Under the pieces are notes generated by a model. It was given only the letters and a program-made list of their open reading frames with translations. It did not search any database and had not been told where the DNA came from. The position numbers and the translations under genes are program-made. Shown in pieces: positions 9,566-18,633 of a DNA stretch of 64,000 nucleotides (position 1 is its first letter; each line of letters opens with the position of its first letter). The stretch spans positions 171,796-235,795 of the forward strand of contig JAKPHF010000046.1 of assembly GCA_029550525.1 (NCBI GenBank), in the 5' to 3' direction. Origin of the DNA: Planctomycetota bacterium. GTDB lineage: Bacteria > Planctomycetota > Phycisphaerae > UBA1845 > PWPN01.

Positions 9566-10705
9566 TCACACCCGCTCGAACGGCTCGAACAACCGTTTGT
9601 ACTCGTCCTGACAGAAACGGTCGGTCATGCCCGCGATGTAGTCGCAGACCACGCGATGAGCGCCTTGCTCGGGAATGCGGGCGGCGAAACGTGGAGGCAG
9701 CATGCGGGGCTCGGCCAGGTAGGCCGCAAACAACTGCCGGATGAACCGGTCGGCCTTGGCGTCCATGCGAATGAGCAGCGGATGACGGTAGACCCGCTCG
9801 AACAGGAACGTCTCGAGCTCGCCAAGACGCGACTCCATGCTCGTCGAAAACGCGACCAGCGGCTGTCCGCATTGCCGCACGTCGTCCACGGTCTCGACCC
9901 GGGCCGCGGCGATGCGGGCTCGCGACTCGGCCACCAGGTCGTCGAGCATCATCTGCTCGAGCCTGTCGAGCACGGGCCGACGGATCGCACCGAGTGGAAG
10001 GTCCGGATACTGCCGGCGTATGTCACCCGCCGCCTCCTGCCACAACTGGATCTCGTTCAGATCCTGCTCGGTGATCAGCCCGGGTTCGAGCGAATCCTCG
10101 AGATCGTGGCAGTCATACGCGATCCGGTCGGCGATGTTGGCAATTTGGCCCTCGATGGGAGCCTGCGTGCCGTCGGCCAGCGGATGCGAGCCGGGCTTGT
10201 CATAGATGGTCGAATGCTTGGCCAGTGACTCGCGCACCTCGTAGCTGAGATTCAGCCCTCGAAACGGCGGATACGGGTGTTCGAGATACTCGATGACCCG
10301 CAGCGACTGGCTGTTGTGCTCGAACCCGCCGTAACTGCTCATCAGCTCCTTCAGCGCCACCTCGCCGGCATGGCCGAACGGCGGATGGCCCAGGTCGTGC
10401 GTCAAAGCGATCAGCTCGCCCACCGACACGTTCACCTGCAGGGCCGTGCACAACCGCCGGGCCACGCTGGCCACCTCCAGCGTGTGCGTCAGTCGCGTGC
10501 GATAGTGGTCGTGCACGCCGGTGACGAATACTTGCGTCTTGTACTCCAGCCGGCGAAACGCCGCCGCGTGCAGCACGCGCTGGCGATCGAGCGCGAACGG
10601 ATCGACCATACGCGGCAGTTGCTCGGGATGAGCCCGCCCTCGCGAATTCTCGGCCGTCACGGCGTAAGGTTTCATCTCAACCGCGCCTCTGGTCATGCAG
10701 CTCAC
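9566..10705 (-). CDS. dgt: dGTP triphosphohydrolase-like HD-domain protein
   Basis: HD motifs YRTRLTHTLEVASVAR and HDLGHPPFGHAGE, C-terminal MTDRF. The GTG at 10705 overlaps the upstream stop as GTGA. Alternative ATGs lie at 10696 and 10675. Confidence 0.85.
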   Translation of the reverse strand: MSCMTRGAVEMKPYAVTAENSRGRAHPEQLPRMVDPFALDRQRVLHAAAFRRLEYKTQVFVTGVHDHYRTRLTHTLEVASVARRLCTALQVNVSVGELIALTHDLGHPPFGHAGEVALKELMSSYGGFEHNSQSLRVIEYLEHPYPPFRGLNLSYEVRESLAKHSTIYDKPGSHPLADGTQAPIEGQIANIADRIAYDCHDLEDSLEPGLITEQDLNEIQLWQEAAGDIRRQYPDLPLGAIRRPVLDRLEQMMLDDLVAESRARIAAARVETVDDVRQCGQPLVAFSTSMESRLGELETFLFERVYRHPLLIRMDAKADRFIRQLFAAYLAEPRMLPPRFAARIPEQGAHRVVCDYIAGMTDRFCQDEYKRLFEPFERV

Positions 10706-11571
10706 GCGAACAACCGGCGCACGTATTCGAGATTCTTCTTCGTATCAGCCACCACGTCATGGCTTGGGCTCGGCGTCTCCAGAACGATCCAACCCTCGTA
10801 GCCGATCTTCCGGATGGCTGCCACCGTCTTCGGCCAATCCACCTTGCCGCTGCCGTCCTCGAGATAGGGTGTGTCCTTGAAATGGATTTGGCAGATGCGC
10901 TCGCGTCCCAGCGTCTCCAACGCGGCGACAGGATCGTGACCGGCATCGGCCATGTTCTTCACGTCGTAGTACACCTGCACGAACTTGGACTTCACCGCAT
11001 CGAGGATCCGCAGGTGATCCTCCGCCGAGAGATAGCTCTCCACACCGAGCACGACACCGGCCTTCTCGGCCCGCGGCGCCAGTTCCGCCAGGACGTCGAT
11101 TGTCCGCCGCATGTCCTCGGCATTCGTGCCCTTCAGTTCCCCCTTGCCGAAAAAGGCGAGCAACATTTTGTTCACCTTCATGCGGCGGGCGACCTCGATG
11201 GCATCCGCCACCCACAAGGCGGCCCGCGGCTCGGACATCAGCGGCACGTGGTTCAACTCGCCCAAGGCCAGCGACGGAATGGCCATGCCCTGGTCGCGGG
11301 CGGCCTGCAGGTACTCCGCCTGCACCTCCTCGCGGCGCAGCCACATGTTGTTCTCGCGCGTGCCCACGCTCACCTCGACGCCGTCCAGGCCGATTTGCCG
11401 GGCCAGCGACATCGCCGACGGATTCATCTGGCCCAGCGACCAATCGCACATGCCGATCTTCGGCACGGTCGATCGCGAGCCCGCCGGCGCGGCGCTGAGG
11501 AGTCGGGCCGTGCCCAGAACGCTGAAGGTCGAAACCGTACCGGCGAGAAATTGCCTCCGCGTGGGTCGCAT
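10702..11571 (-). CDS. Sugar phosphate isomerase/epimerase (xylose isomerase-like TIM barrel) with a TAT signal
   Basis: N-terminus MRPTRRQFLAGTVSTF (twin-arginine motif). Typical AP-endonuclease-2/xylose-isomerase-like body ending in QIHFKD...GWIVLE. Confidence 0.75.
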   Translation of the reverse strand: MRPTRRQFLAGTVSTFSVLGTARLLSAAPAGSRSTVPKIGMCDWSLGQMNPSAMSLARQIGLDGVEVSVGTRENNMWLRREEVQAEYLQAARDQGMAIPSLALGELNHVPLMSEPRAALWVADAIEVARRMKVNKMLLAFFGKGELKGTNAEDMRRTIDVLAELAPRAEKAGVVLGVESYLSAEDHLRILDAVKSKFVQVYYDVKNMADAGHDPVAALETLGRERICQIHFKDTPYLEDGSGKVDWPKTVAAIRKIGYEGWIVLETPSPSHDVVADTKKNLEYVRRLFA

Positions 11572-11838
11572 CGGATAGGCTCCTGTTCATGTGCCGACGA
11601 GCCGGCTATGCCGCCCGGCATGCCGAGCCCGCGCTTGCGCCTGCTGGAAAAGCCGGTTCATTATGCACGGGCCTTTCCCGCCTGCCAATCGAGGAGGGCC
11701 CTCCGACCGCGCATAAACTGCGCCCCGGCTCAGGACGTGACGTCGGCTGCGGCCCGGTGCCGTGGAAACCAGTTGAGCTCGAACCGCCGACTCACCGATA
11801 CCCTGTAACGGGAAACTCAAGGTTCAGGGGAGATGCAC

Positions 11839-12123
11839 ATGAAACCAACGGCATTCAACACCGTGCCAACGACGCGAAAGGCGTTGCGGGCACTCGCCAT
11901 CGGCGCCGGTCTCCTGGTCGCGTCCGCCAGTATGGGCGTCAGTTGCGACCACGACGCCCAGACCGTCTTTCGCCAGACTGCCACCGCCAACATCGGCCAG
12001 GGCGTCAAGGAACTCCTGAGCGGTGACTCCGATCAGGCCGTCAACACCATCGTAAACGCCGCCATTGACGGCGTGGTAGCCAGCATCATCCAGGCCGGCG
12101 ACGGCCCGCCCGCGAGCAAGTAG
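11839..12123 (+). CDS. Small secreted/lipoprotein-like hypothetical protein
   Basis: ATG at 11839 lies 7 nt after GGGGAG (the ORF-track start at 11833 is too close to the SD). Signal-like ALRALAIGAGLLVASASMGVSC. A hairpin terminator lies downstream. Confidence 0.5.
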   Translation: MKPTAFNTVPTTRKALRALAIGAGLLVASASMGVSCDHDAQTVFRQTATANIGQGVKELLSGDSDQAVNTIVNAAIDGVVASIIQAGDGPPASK

Positions 12124-12169
12124 CAGCCGATCCAAGAAGTGGTCGATACTTGGCCCGGCGCTCGTTCCG

Positions 12170-12212
12170 AAAAAAAGCGCAAACGATGCCGGCGACGGCG
12201 CGTTGTTTGCGC
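12170..12212 (-). terminator. Terminator after the GNAT gene (may also serve the convergent plus-strand gene)
   Basis: Stem GCGCAAAC (12177-12184) / GTTTGCGC (12205-12212). The A7 run at 12170-12176 gives a U7 tail on the minus strand. Confidence 0.65.
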
Positions 12213-12233
12213 GTCCATGGATCGCTGCCATCA

Positions 12234-12809
12234 TCAGTGGTAGCGCGGGGCGGGCAAGGAAAGGAACCGTCCGCGGTCGATGGTCATCTGCATCATACGG
12301 TGCTGCTGGCCCGTCGTGCAGAAGTACTTCCACTGGTCGCCGGCATCGACGAACCCGGCGTTGCGATAGCATCGGATGGCGGCGACATTTTCGGGGAAGA
12401 CCACCAGACTGACGCGGTATGCCCGGCGGGTGCGAAACGCCAGCTCGAGCGTGAGTGCGATCATGATTCGGCCGAGGCCCATTCCACGATAATCAGGATG
12501 TGTGACGCAGTGACCGAGCCAATAATGGCCCCAGTCGGCGGGCATGGGATTGAGTTCGAGGTAGCCCAGCGGGTCGGGAGTGTCATCGCGGTAGAACAGG
12601 AGCGGCCGGCCATCCGGCGTGGCCCATGCGACCACTTTGGCCGCGGTCAGCGGCGGTGGCGTCTTGGGGGCCAGCCAGAACAATTCTTGATCGTCGCGAG
12701 CCCAACTGGCGACCAGCGGCCCCATCAGCTTGTCGAAAGGGGCCAGCCGGTACGGCCCGCGCCGGACAAGTGCCTGTTCCTGCGTAGAATGGCTCGCTGC
12801 GCCTTTCAT
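12234..12809 (-). CDS. GNAT family N-acetyltransferase
   Basis: Acetyl-CoA binding motif HPDYRGMGLGRIMI and NVAAIRCYRNAGF. A minus-strand terminator lies just downstream. Confidence 0.8.
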   Translation of the reverse strand: MKGAASHSTQEQALVRRGPYRLAPFDKLMGPLVASWARDDQELFWLAPKTPPPLTAAKVVAWATPDGRPLLFYRDDTPDPLGYLELNPMPADWGHYWLGHCVTHPDYRGMGLGRIMIALTLELAFRTRRAYRVSLVVFPENVAAIRCYRNAGFVDAGDQWKYFCTTGQQHRMMQMTIDRGRFLSLPAPRYH

Positions 12810-12865
12810 AGTCGGCTCCCGTCCTATGATACGCGCTTGTTAATCGGCAAGAAAGGACTTGCGTA

Positions 12866-13552
12866 GTGAACGAATCCGCGCCGAAAGAGGTGGTGCGAGG
12901 CTATGCCGTCCGCCGCGAGATCTGGCAACTCGGGGGACGCCCGATTCAACTCGTCTGGCCCGAGGACATGGACGCTCTCCTCGACTCGCGTCAGACGCAG
13001 GAACGCTTCGCCCGCAACGAGTACATGCCCTACTGGGCCCAGCCCTGGCCGGCCGGTATCCTGCTGGCTGAGCACATCCTCGCCGGCGAGCCCGGCCAAG
13101 GCCGTCACGCCGTCGAGATCGGCTGCGGCGTCGGCCTGGTCAGCGTGGCAGCGGCCATGATGGGCTGGCGCGTGACTGCCAGCGATTACGACGACGATGC
13201 ACTGGCGTTCGCGCGGTTGAATGCCGAACTCAACGGGGTCCGTCTGGAAGCCACGGAGTGGATCGACTTCGTGGAGCAGGCCCCTCCCCGCCGGTACGAC
13301 TGCGTATTCGCAGCCGATTTGCTGTACGAACGTCGACTGTCCGAGCCGGTGGCTCGCTGGATCGCTGCGGCTCTCGAGCCCGGCGGCTACGCCCTGGCCA
13401 GCGACCCCAACCGCTCGGCGGCGTCGAGCTTCCCCGAGTTTCTCGCGGGGTACGGTTTGAACGGCGAGATGCAAGAGGTCCAGACCACGGCCCCGGCCGG
13501 CCTGCTCACGCGCGGCCGCATTTGGCGCATCACCCTTATGGCGAAGCCGTGA
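12866..13552 (+). CDS. Class I SAM-dependent methyltransferase (protein-lysine/PrmA-like type)
   Basis: SAM motif I VEIGCGVGLVSVAAAMMG, acidic post-I residue TASDYDDDAL, and FAADLLYE. Confidence 0.7.
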   Translation: MNESAPKEVVRGYAVRREIWQLGGRPIQLVWPEDMDALLDSRQTQERFARNEYMPYWAQPWPAGILLAEHILAGEPGQGRHAVEIGCGVGLVSVAAAMMGWRVTASDYDDDALAFARLNAELNGVRLEATEWIDFVEQAPPRRYDCVFAADLLYERRLSEPVARWIAAALEPGGYALASDPNRSAASSFPEFLAGYGLNGEMQEVQTTAPAGLLTRGRIWRITLMAKP

Positions 13553-14504
13553 TCGCCGCCGACGTGACCGGTTTGCCCGCTGGATGCAACTTGCGGAGTA
13601 GCGCGAAATAAGGCTCGTACTCGCTCCGGTCGATCGGCTCGGCAAAGCCGCTTACGCCCGGAACGCCCAGCACGACTGCCTTATTGTTGAGTTCTTCGAG
13701 CAGGTAGCGCTTCATAGTCTCGCGCAGTTCCGGCGGCGTCTGCAACGAGGCGAGGAACGGCCCTTCGGGCACGCGGACCGTCCGGCCGATGACCCGCACC
13801 TGCTCCTTTGAAGGCGCGAGCAGCATGAGGCTGCCTCCTCGTTCCGGCCAACTCAGATAGTCCACCTCATCGATCACGCCGACCGCATTCTCCAGGACCA
13901 CGCTTTTGGCCACCTCGAGCGAGTTGATGTGTGACGTATCGAGCCCGAGGCCCAGAATGCCGGCGTCGATTTCATGGCGGGCGATACCCGCCTCCAGCAA
14001 TGCCCCCGCCGCAGCCTCGTTCAGCGCGTCGCCCGCGGGTAGAAAGTGGAAACGCATTCCCTTGGTCTGGCTGACGGATTCAATCCGCGACTGCGGCGAG
14101 ACGATGATGAGCCCCTGCCGATATGTCCGGCCATGAGCGTTCGTCGCCACCGCCAGGATCTCCGCGTTTCCCGCCGGCGCGATCTCGGCGTAGTCGGCAG
14201 CGCTGACCATGGCGAACTTGAGTCGCCCCGTGCCCAAGTGCACGCGGATTTGCCGGGGAGTCATCAAGTCGAACACGACCGGCTCGCCCAGGTGATTTTC
14301 CAGCTCGCGTTGGAAAAGGATTCGCTTGGGCAGGAACGGCGGCAGAGGAGTCAGGTCGAACGAAGTGACGCCGATACGCGTCGGCGATCGAAACTGCGGA
14401 CCGCAGCCGGCTACCAGAGACAACAGCACCGCTCCTCGGCTCAGAGCGATCACAGCCCGGATTCGCCTGGAGGTGTGCCGGGTGTCGGCAGGTTCGAAGT
14501 TCAT
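13536..14504 (-). CDS. PhnD-like periplasmic substrate-binding lipoprotein (phosphonate/phosphate-type ABC SBP fold)
   Basis: Start set at the internal ATG 14504, giving a lipoprotein signal RRIRAVIALSRGAVLLSLVAGC. The body resembles Phosphonate-bd family proteins (FAMVSAADY, RQGLIIVSPQSRI, KGMRFHFLPAGD). An alternative ATG at 14579 overlaps the upstream stop as ATGA. Confidence 0.55.
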   Translation of the reverse strand: MNFEPADTRHTSRRIRAVIALSRGAVLLSLVAGCGPQFRSPTRIGVTSFDLTPLPPFLPKRILFQRELENHLGEPVVFDLMTPRQIRVHLGTGRLKFAMVSAADYAEIAPAGNAEILAVATNAHGRTYRQGLIIVSPQSRIESVSQTKGMRFHFLPAGDALNEAAAGALLEAGIARHEIDAGILGLGLDTSHINSLEVAKSVVLENAVGVIDEVDYLSWPERGGSLMLLAPSKEQVRVIGRTVRVPEGPFLASLQTPPELRETMKRYLLEELNNKAVVLGVPGVSGFAEPIDRSEYEPYFALLRKLHPAGKPVTSAAITASP

Positions 14505-14575
14505 GCCACGACAGTATACCAGTGTGAGGAAACGGACCGCCAAGTGGCTGCTTCGTGCTGCAGGCTTCGGCCGTG

Positions 14576-14773
14576 TCATTCCGCCTGCGCGGCTGGAGCG
14601 GCCGACTTCTTGGCGTTCTTCGTGTTCTCCGCGGTCGGGACGAGGAAGTCCCGGCCGCACTTTCCGCACCGGACCTTGCGACCGCGCGTCGCGTCCGGCA
14701 CCTGGAGAATGCTCCGGCAGAGCAGATTGGGACAAATCAGCGTGATGGGCATACGCGTCTTCACACGATCCAA
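14576..14773 (-). CDS. Small zinc-ribbon protein
   Basis: CPNLLC...x17...CGKCG four-Cys zinc-ribbon followed by a Lys/Ala-rich tail. It lies inside the spurious N-terminal extension of the 415-aa ORF. An alternative start at 14752 gives MPITLICPN. Confidence 0.55.
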   Translation of the reverse strand: MDRVKTRMPITLICPNLLCRSILQVPDATRGRKVRCGKCGRDFLVPTAENTKNAKKSAAPAAQAE

Positions 14774-14946
14774 GTGTGTCCATTCAGTGCATCGGCCCGA
14801 CGGCCGCCATCAATAACATAAAATACGACGCCCCCCACGGCTCTCCGTCCGGCCTGTATCGTTTCCAACACAAGCTCGCAACATGGCCGTCAAATGAAAA
14901 GCTCTTATTTTTCCAAAGGTTACGCTCATTAATCAACCGGTTTTTG

Positions 14947-14974
14947 TTGACAGAGGATAGCCCGCGACTAGAAT
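14947..14974 (+). promoter_or_regulatory. Near-consensus sigma-70-type promoter in an AT-rich island
   Basis: TTGACA (14947-14952), a 16-nt spacer, then TAGAAT (14969-14974). The nearest plus-strand gene is ispE, about 270 nt downstream. Confidence 0.4.
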
Positions 14975-15246
14975 AGGCATACGCGAGTTTACTCAGTGCA
15001 ACTGCATCGTGATCAGCAGCTATGAATCGATTCACCGCACTCTGCCGCGCTAACCCTCTGTTTGCAGCACCGTTCTACCCACCACCGGTCAATAGTCCCT
15101 GTCACCATCGGCGGCTGGAGGCGGCGTGGTTCCGCGCATGGCAGCGACCGGCAGTTGCACCGAGACAGCATGCGGCAGGCCGCTTCTGCAAGCTGCACGA
15201 CTCTTTTCCTGACATGCCCTCGCTCCTCGGAAGGGAGGGCTGACGG

Positions 15247-16122
15247 ATGCCCGACACACCAAATACCCTCCGTGAGGCCGTTGTCGTGCGCTCGCCCGCC
15301 AAAATCAATTGGACGCTGCAGGTCGCGGGCAAGCGGCCGGACGGCTATCACGACATCGCCTCGCTGGTATCGGTGGTAACCCTCTATGATCAGTTGGAGT
15401 TTGCCCCGTCGCCGGTGCCCGGCGTGGCTGTGGAATGTGACGTTCCCGGCCTCCCGACCGACGGCGAGAACCTGATCTGCCGGGCGGCCCGGATGATGGC
15501 CGAGCGGACGAATCGGTCCGCCGGTCTGCGATGCCGGCTGACCAAGCGCATTCCGGTCGGGGGCGGACTCGGTGGCGGCAGCTCGAATGCCGCAGCCACG
15601 CTACTGGCCTTGCGGCGATTGTGGCAATTGGACTGGCCGCCGAACCGTCTGGCCGAACTGGCCGCCGAACTGGGCAGCGACGTATCGTTGTTTCTGGAAG
15701 GCGGATCGGCCGTCATCAGCGGTCGCGGCGAACGCGTCCGCCCGGCACGGTTGGGTTGGACGGGCTGGATCGTCTTAATCATGCCTGGCCTGTCGGTTTC
15801 TACGCCGGCGGTGTACCGCGCGTGGCGGCCGGGCGTGCAGGAACCGCGGGCGGTCGAACCCCCGCCCGCACGCAACGCCGTCGAGTGGATGAACGCAACG
15901 TTTAACATGCTGGAGGCCCCGGCCATCGAGGTGTGCCCGCCACTGGGAGCCCTGCAGCGTGAGGCCTCCCGGATGGCGGACCGGCCGGTGCGGATCTCCG
16001 GCAGCGGTTCGACGATGTTCACCGCTTTCGACACTCGGGATGAAGGCCAGGCCTTCGCCCAGGCCGTCGAGGCCCGGTTGGCCGTACGGACTGAATTGGT
16101 GCAACCAGTGGAGCAAACGTGA
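15247..16122 (+). CDS. ispE: 4-diphosphocytidyl-2-C-methyl-D-erythritol kinase
   Basis: [20 protein letters not shown] and GHMP-kinase motif [31 protein letters not shown] upstream. Confidence 0.9.
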   Translation: MPDTPNTLREAVVVRSPAKINWTLQVAGKRPDGYHDIASLVSVVTLYDQLEFAPSPVPGVAVECDVPGLPTDGENLICRAARMMAERTNRSAGLRCRLTKRIPVGGGLGGGSSNAAATLLALRRLWQLDWPPNRLAELAAELGSDVSLFLEGGSAVISGRGERVRPARLGWTGWIVLIMPGLSVSTPAVYRAWRPGVQEPRAVEPPPARNAVEWMNATFNMLEAPAIEVCPPLGALQREASRMADRPVRISGSGSTMFTAFDTRDEGQAFAQAVEARLAVRTELVQPVEQT

Positions 16123-16175
16123 ACGGGTCGAAACCTCAGGCCACGAACGCCGAAAGTTTTTCGGGAGGAACCATC

Positions 16176-16946
16176 ATGGACATCACCGAAGTGCGAATCA
16201 AGCTGGTGGCGAATCCGAGCGAACGGTTGCGGGCCTTCTGTAGCATCACGCTGAACGGAGACTTCGTCATACGGGATCTGAAGATCATCGAAGGCGTCAA
16301 TGGCGTTTTCGTGGCCATGCCTTCGAGAAAGCTGGCGGACCGATGCCCGCGTTGCGGGTGCAAGAATCACCTGCGGGCCCGGTACTGCAATGATTGCGGA
16401 CTGCATCTCAAGGAGAACCGCGCCCCCAAGGACAGCCAGGGCCGGGCCAAGCTCCACGCGGACATCGCCCACCCCATCAACGCCGCTTGTCGCGAGCGGA
16501 TTCAGAAGGCAGTGGTCGAGGCCTACCAGAACGAACTGGAACGGTCCAAGTTGCCGGGCTACAAGCCGCAATCATTCGACGATCTGGACGATTACGATTC
16601 GGAGTTCCACGACGTGGAGGAGTCGTATGCCGCACCGTCGGCGACGGCCGACTCCGGCGCACCTGATTCGGCCAGCGACTTCAGCGAATACAACTCGCTC
16701 ATCGCCGATTTGAAGCGCGATGCCGCCAACCGACGTGGCGAGGCCCAGACCGCATCCGCCCCGCTGCCGTCCCGCCCGGCACGCTTGCCCGGCAGCGAAG
16801 GGGAGAACGCCATCGGCAAGCCCATTTACAACCGCAATCGCCGACCCGGCCCGCCTTCGCCGGAATCGCAGCCGGCCCACTCGCCGGCGGGCGAAAGCGC
16901 CGACCGTCGCCAAGACGACGACCCCTTCGGCGCCGGCCTGATCTGA
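16176..16946 (+). CDS. spoVG: SpoVG-family protein with an inserted zinc ribbon and a long Pro/Ala/Asp-rich C-terminal tail
   Basis: ATG at 16176 follows [59 protein letters not shown] and [22 protein letters not shown] match the SpoVG core, which is interrupted by [19 protein letters not shown]. Confidence 0.85.
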   Translation: MDITEVRIKLVANPSERLRAFCSITLNGDFVIRDLKIIEGVNGVFVAMPSRKLADRCPRCGCKNHLRARYCNDCGLHLKENRAPKDSQGRAKLHADIAHPINAACRERIQKAVVEAYQNELERSKLPGYKPQSFDDLDDYDSEFHDVEESYAAPSATADSGAPDSASDFSEYNSLIADLKRDAANRRGEAQTASAPLPSRPARLPGSEGENAIGKPIYNRNRRPGPPSPESQPAHSPAGESADRRQDDDPFGAGLI

Positions 16947-16985
16947 ACCTGGCCGCGCCCAAACGGAACTGGACAAGAACGAAAA

Positions 16986-17026
16986 AGCCCCGGGTAACCT
17001 ACCGCCCGGGGCTTTCGTGTTTTTGT
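16986..17026. terminator. Bidirectional rho-independent terminator between spoVG and the convergent gene
   Basis: AAAAAGCCCCGGG-taacctaccg-CCCGGGGCTTTCGTGTTTTTG: a 9-bp GC stem with an A-run upstream and a T-run downstream. Confidence 0.8.
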
Positions 17027-17034
17027 CTTTTCTG

Positions 17035-17069
17035 GCTTACAGCTTAGAGCTTATAGCTTACAGCTCATG
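17035..17069. repeat. AGCT-core heptamer array x5 abutting a stop codon
   Basis: Plus strand GCTTACA GCTTAGA GCTTATA GCTTACA GCTCATG. In the sense of the minus-strand gene 17065..18102 it reads TGA-GCTGTA AGCTATA AGCTCTA AGCTGTA AGC, with the stop codon inside the first unit. Confidence 0.85.
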
Positions 17070-18102
17070 ATGACGACGTCGCCGCCTGACGCATGGTGAT
17101 CTCCGCTTCGGTCTTGAAGCCCGCGCGGATACGCAGAATGTCGATGCGCTCGGATACTTCTTGCGCCATCCGGCTGTTCGGGAATTCCTGGCGAATCTGC
17201 AGCCCGATCTCCAAGGCGTCGCGCCATCGATTCTCCGACACTGCCAACCCGAACTGCACGCCCAGATTCAGCAACCGCGCCTTGAAGACGCCACGAGCGG
17301 AGTCCTGCAGGTTCTGAGCTTCCTCGCGCGTGAGGTACTGGTCCAGCTCCGTCAGGATCTCGATACCCTGGTCGATCTCGTTCCGCGCCACCGCCTCGTT
17401 CCAGCGAGCCAGCAACGCCTGCTTCTGCGCCTCGCGGCGGCGTTCCAGTTCCTTGGGCAGGTTCAACACGCGCTCGTGCCGGGGAAACAGCTTGACGAGC
17501 CGGTCGATTTCCGCCCGGGCTCGCTCCCAGCGATGCTCCGACAGGATCTTTTCGATATGCGTCAGAGCCTGGTTGATCTTCTCTTCGATGGTCATCTCCC
17601 GGGCCGCGGCGAGCTCCTGGCGAAGCGTCTCGGCCTCCTGCTTGTAGCCGAACCGCCGCTCCATTTCGTTCACCAGGTAGGTAGCCGCTTCCCAATCGCC
17701 GCTGTACATCTCCTCGCGGATGGCCTGCCGCAGCGCCTCCCGCTCGCTCTCGCGGTGCGTGATGGACCGCACGGCATCGGAGATCTGGCTGTTGTCGGCC
17801 ACGATCTTGACCAGCGGTGCCATTCGCTGCACCACTTCCTGCATCTCCAGCAGCACGTTGTGAATGCGGTTGACGTTGGCCTCGGTCTTGGCCGTCACGA
17901 CCATGATCGCATTGAGAATCAGCGACAGCGAGACCAGGAGCAAACCCGCGCCCAGAGCCACCACTCCGCCGAGCCGAGCCTCCGGCATGAACAGAAGGAT
18001 CAGGCCGGCGATCAGCAACACACCACCCAGAACGCACGCGGCGACGGCGGTGAACAGCGTCGTCTGAAGCGGGCCACGATTGCGCAGAGGCATGTCAGAC
18101 AC
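17065..18102 (-). CDS. Membrane-anchored helical-repeat protein, function unknown
   Basis: GTG start 8 nt after GAGGAG. Two N-terminal TM helices followed by about 250 aa of charged alpha-helical, TPR-like sequence. Confidence 0.65.
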   Translation of the reverse strand: MSDMPLRNRGPLQTTLFTAVAACVLGGVLLIAGLILLFMPEARLGGVVALGAGLLLVSLSLILNAIMVVTAKTEANVNRIHNVLLEMQEVVQRMAPLVKIVADNSQISDAVRSITHRESEREALRQAIREEMYSGDWEAATYLVNEMERRFGYKQEAETLRQELAAAREMTIEEKINQALTHIEKILSEHRWERARAEIDRLVKLFPRHERVLNLPKELERRREAQKQALLARWNEAVARNEIDQGIEILTELDQYLTREEAQNLQDSARGVFKARLLNLGVQFGLAVSENRWRDALEIGLQIRQEFPNSRMAQEVSERIDILRIRAGFKTEAEITMRQAATSSS

Positions 18103-18237
18103 GGGAAAGTCTCCTCACAGGCCGGCGCCCGGTTCGATCAAGCCAATGGTATGTCGGAACAAAATGACCGTCAATGCGAACGTTATCGCCCCCGGACGGC
18201 GAGGCCAGGCCAACCTCATGCGGACCAACCGCTTGCA

Positions 18238-18456
18238 TCAAGCCGCCTGGCTCATCGTATCGGGTGCGTCGGCCGGGTTGCTCGCCTCATCCGCCTCCCC
18301 TTCTTGCTGGGCGCGAGCGGCTTCCATTTCAGCCAGCGCCTTTTCCTGCTCGGCCAACCGCAGCAGGAGGTGGCGATGACGCCGGTTCTTCTCCTTGGCG
18401 ACAATCCGTAGGAAGACGCCCGCACCGAGCAGGCCGATCGCCAAATGGGTCAGCAC
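18238..18456 (-). CDS. Small membrane protein (one TM helix plus a charged coiled tail)
   Basis: GTG start about 10 nt after AGGAG. LAIGLLGAGVFLRIV, then KEKNRRHRH...EQEKALAEMEAARAQQE. Lies just upstream of 17065..18102 on the same strand. Confidence 0.5.
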   Translation of the reverse strand: MLTHLAIGLLGAGVFLRIVAKEKNRRHRHLLLRLAEQEKALAEMEAARAQQEGEADEASNPADAPDTMSQAA

Positions 18457-18633
18457 GTCTGAAAAGCTCCTGAGGCGAAACCGTCGCCGTCATTCCGCCC
18501 CGACCGAGCCGGGATCGGCGACGCGGACAGCACCCCACCTTTTCATCGGCTGCTCCACAGCGCGAATTCACTTGCATGGCCGATAACCCGGCCCGAAACA
18601 TTCGCCCGCCGTCTTCCCTGCCCGTCCCCACTC

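Noticed and set aside
13536-14783. The full 415-aa ORF as the PhnD-like gene.
   Set aside because: The first ~93 residues are Arg/Pro/Gly-rich and overlap a better zinc-ribbon ORF in another frame. A proper lipoprotein signal follows the internal ATG at 14504.
14784-15035. The 83-aa minus-strand ORF in the AT-rich island as a gene.
   Set aside because: It has no SD and odd composition, and it spans the consensus promoter on the other strand. No family resemblance was seen.
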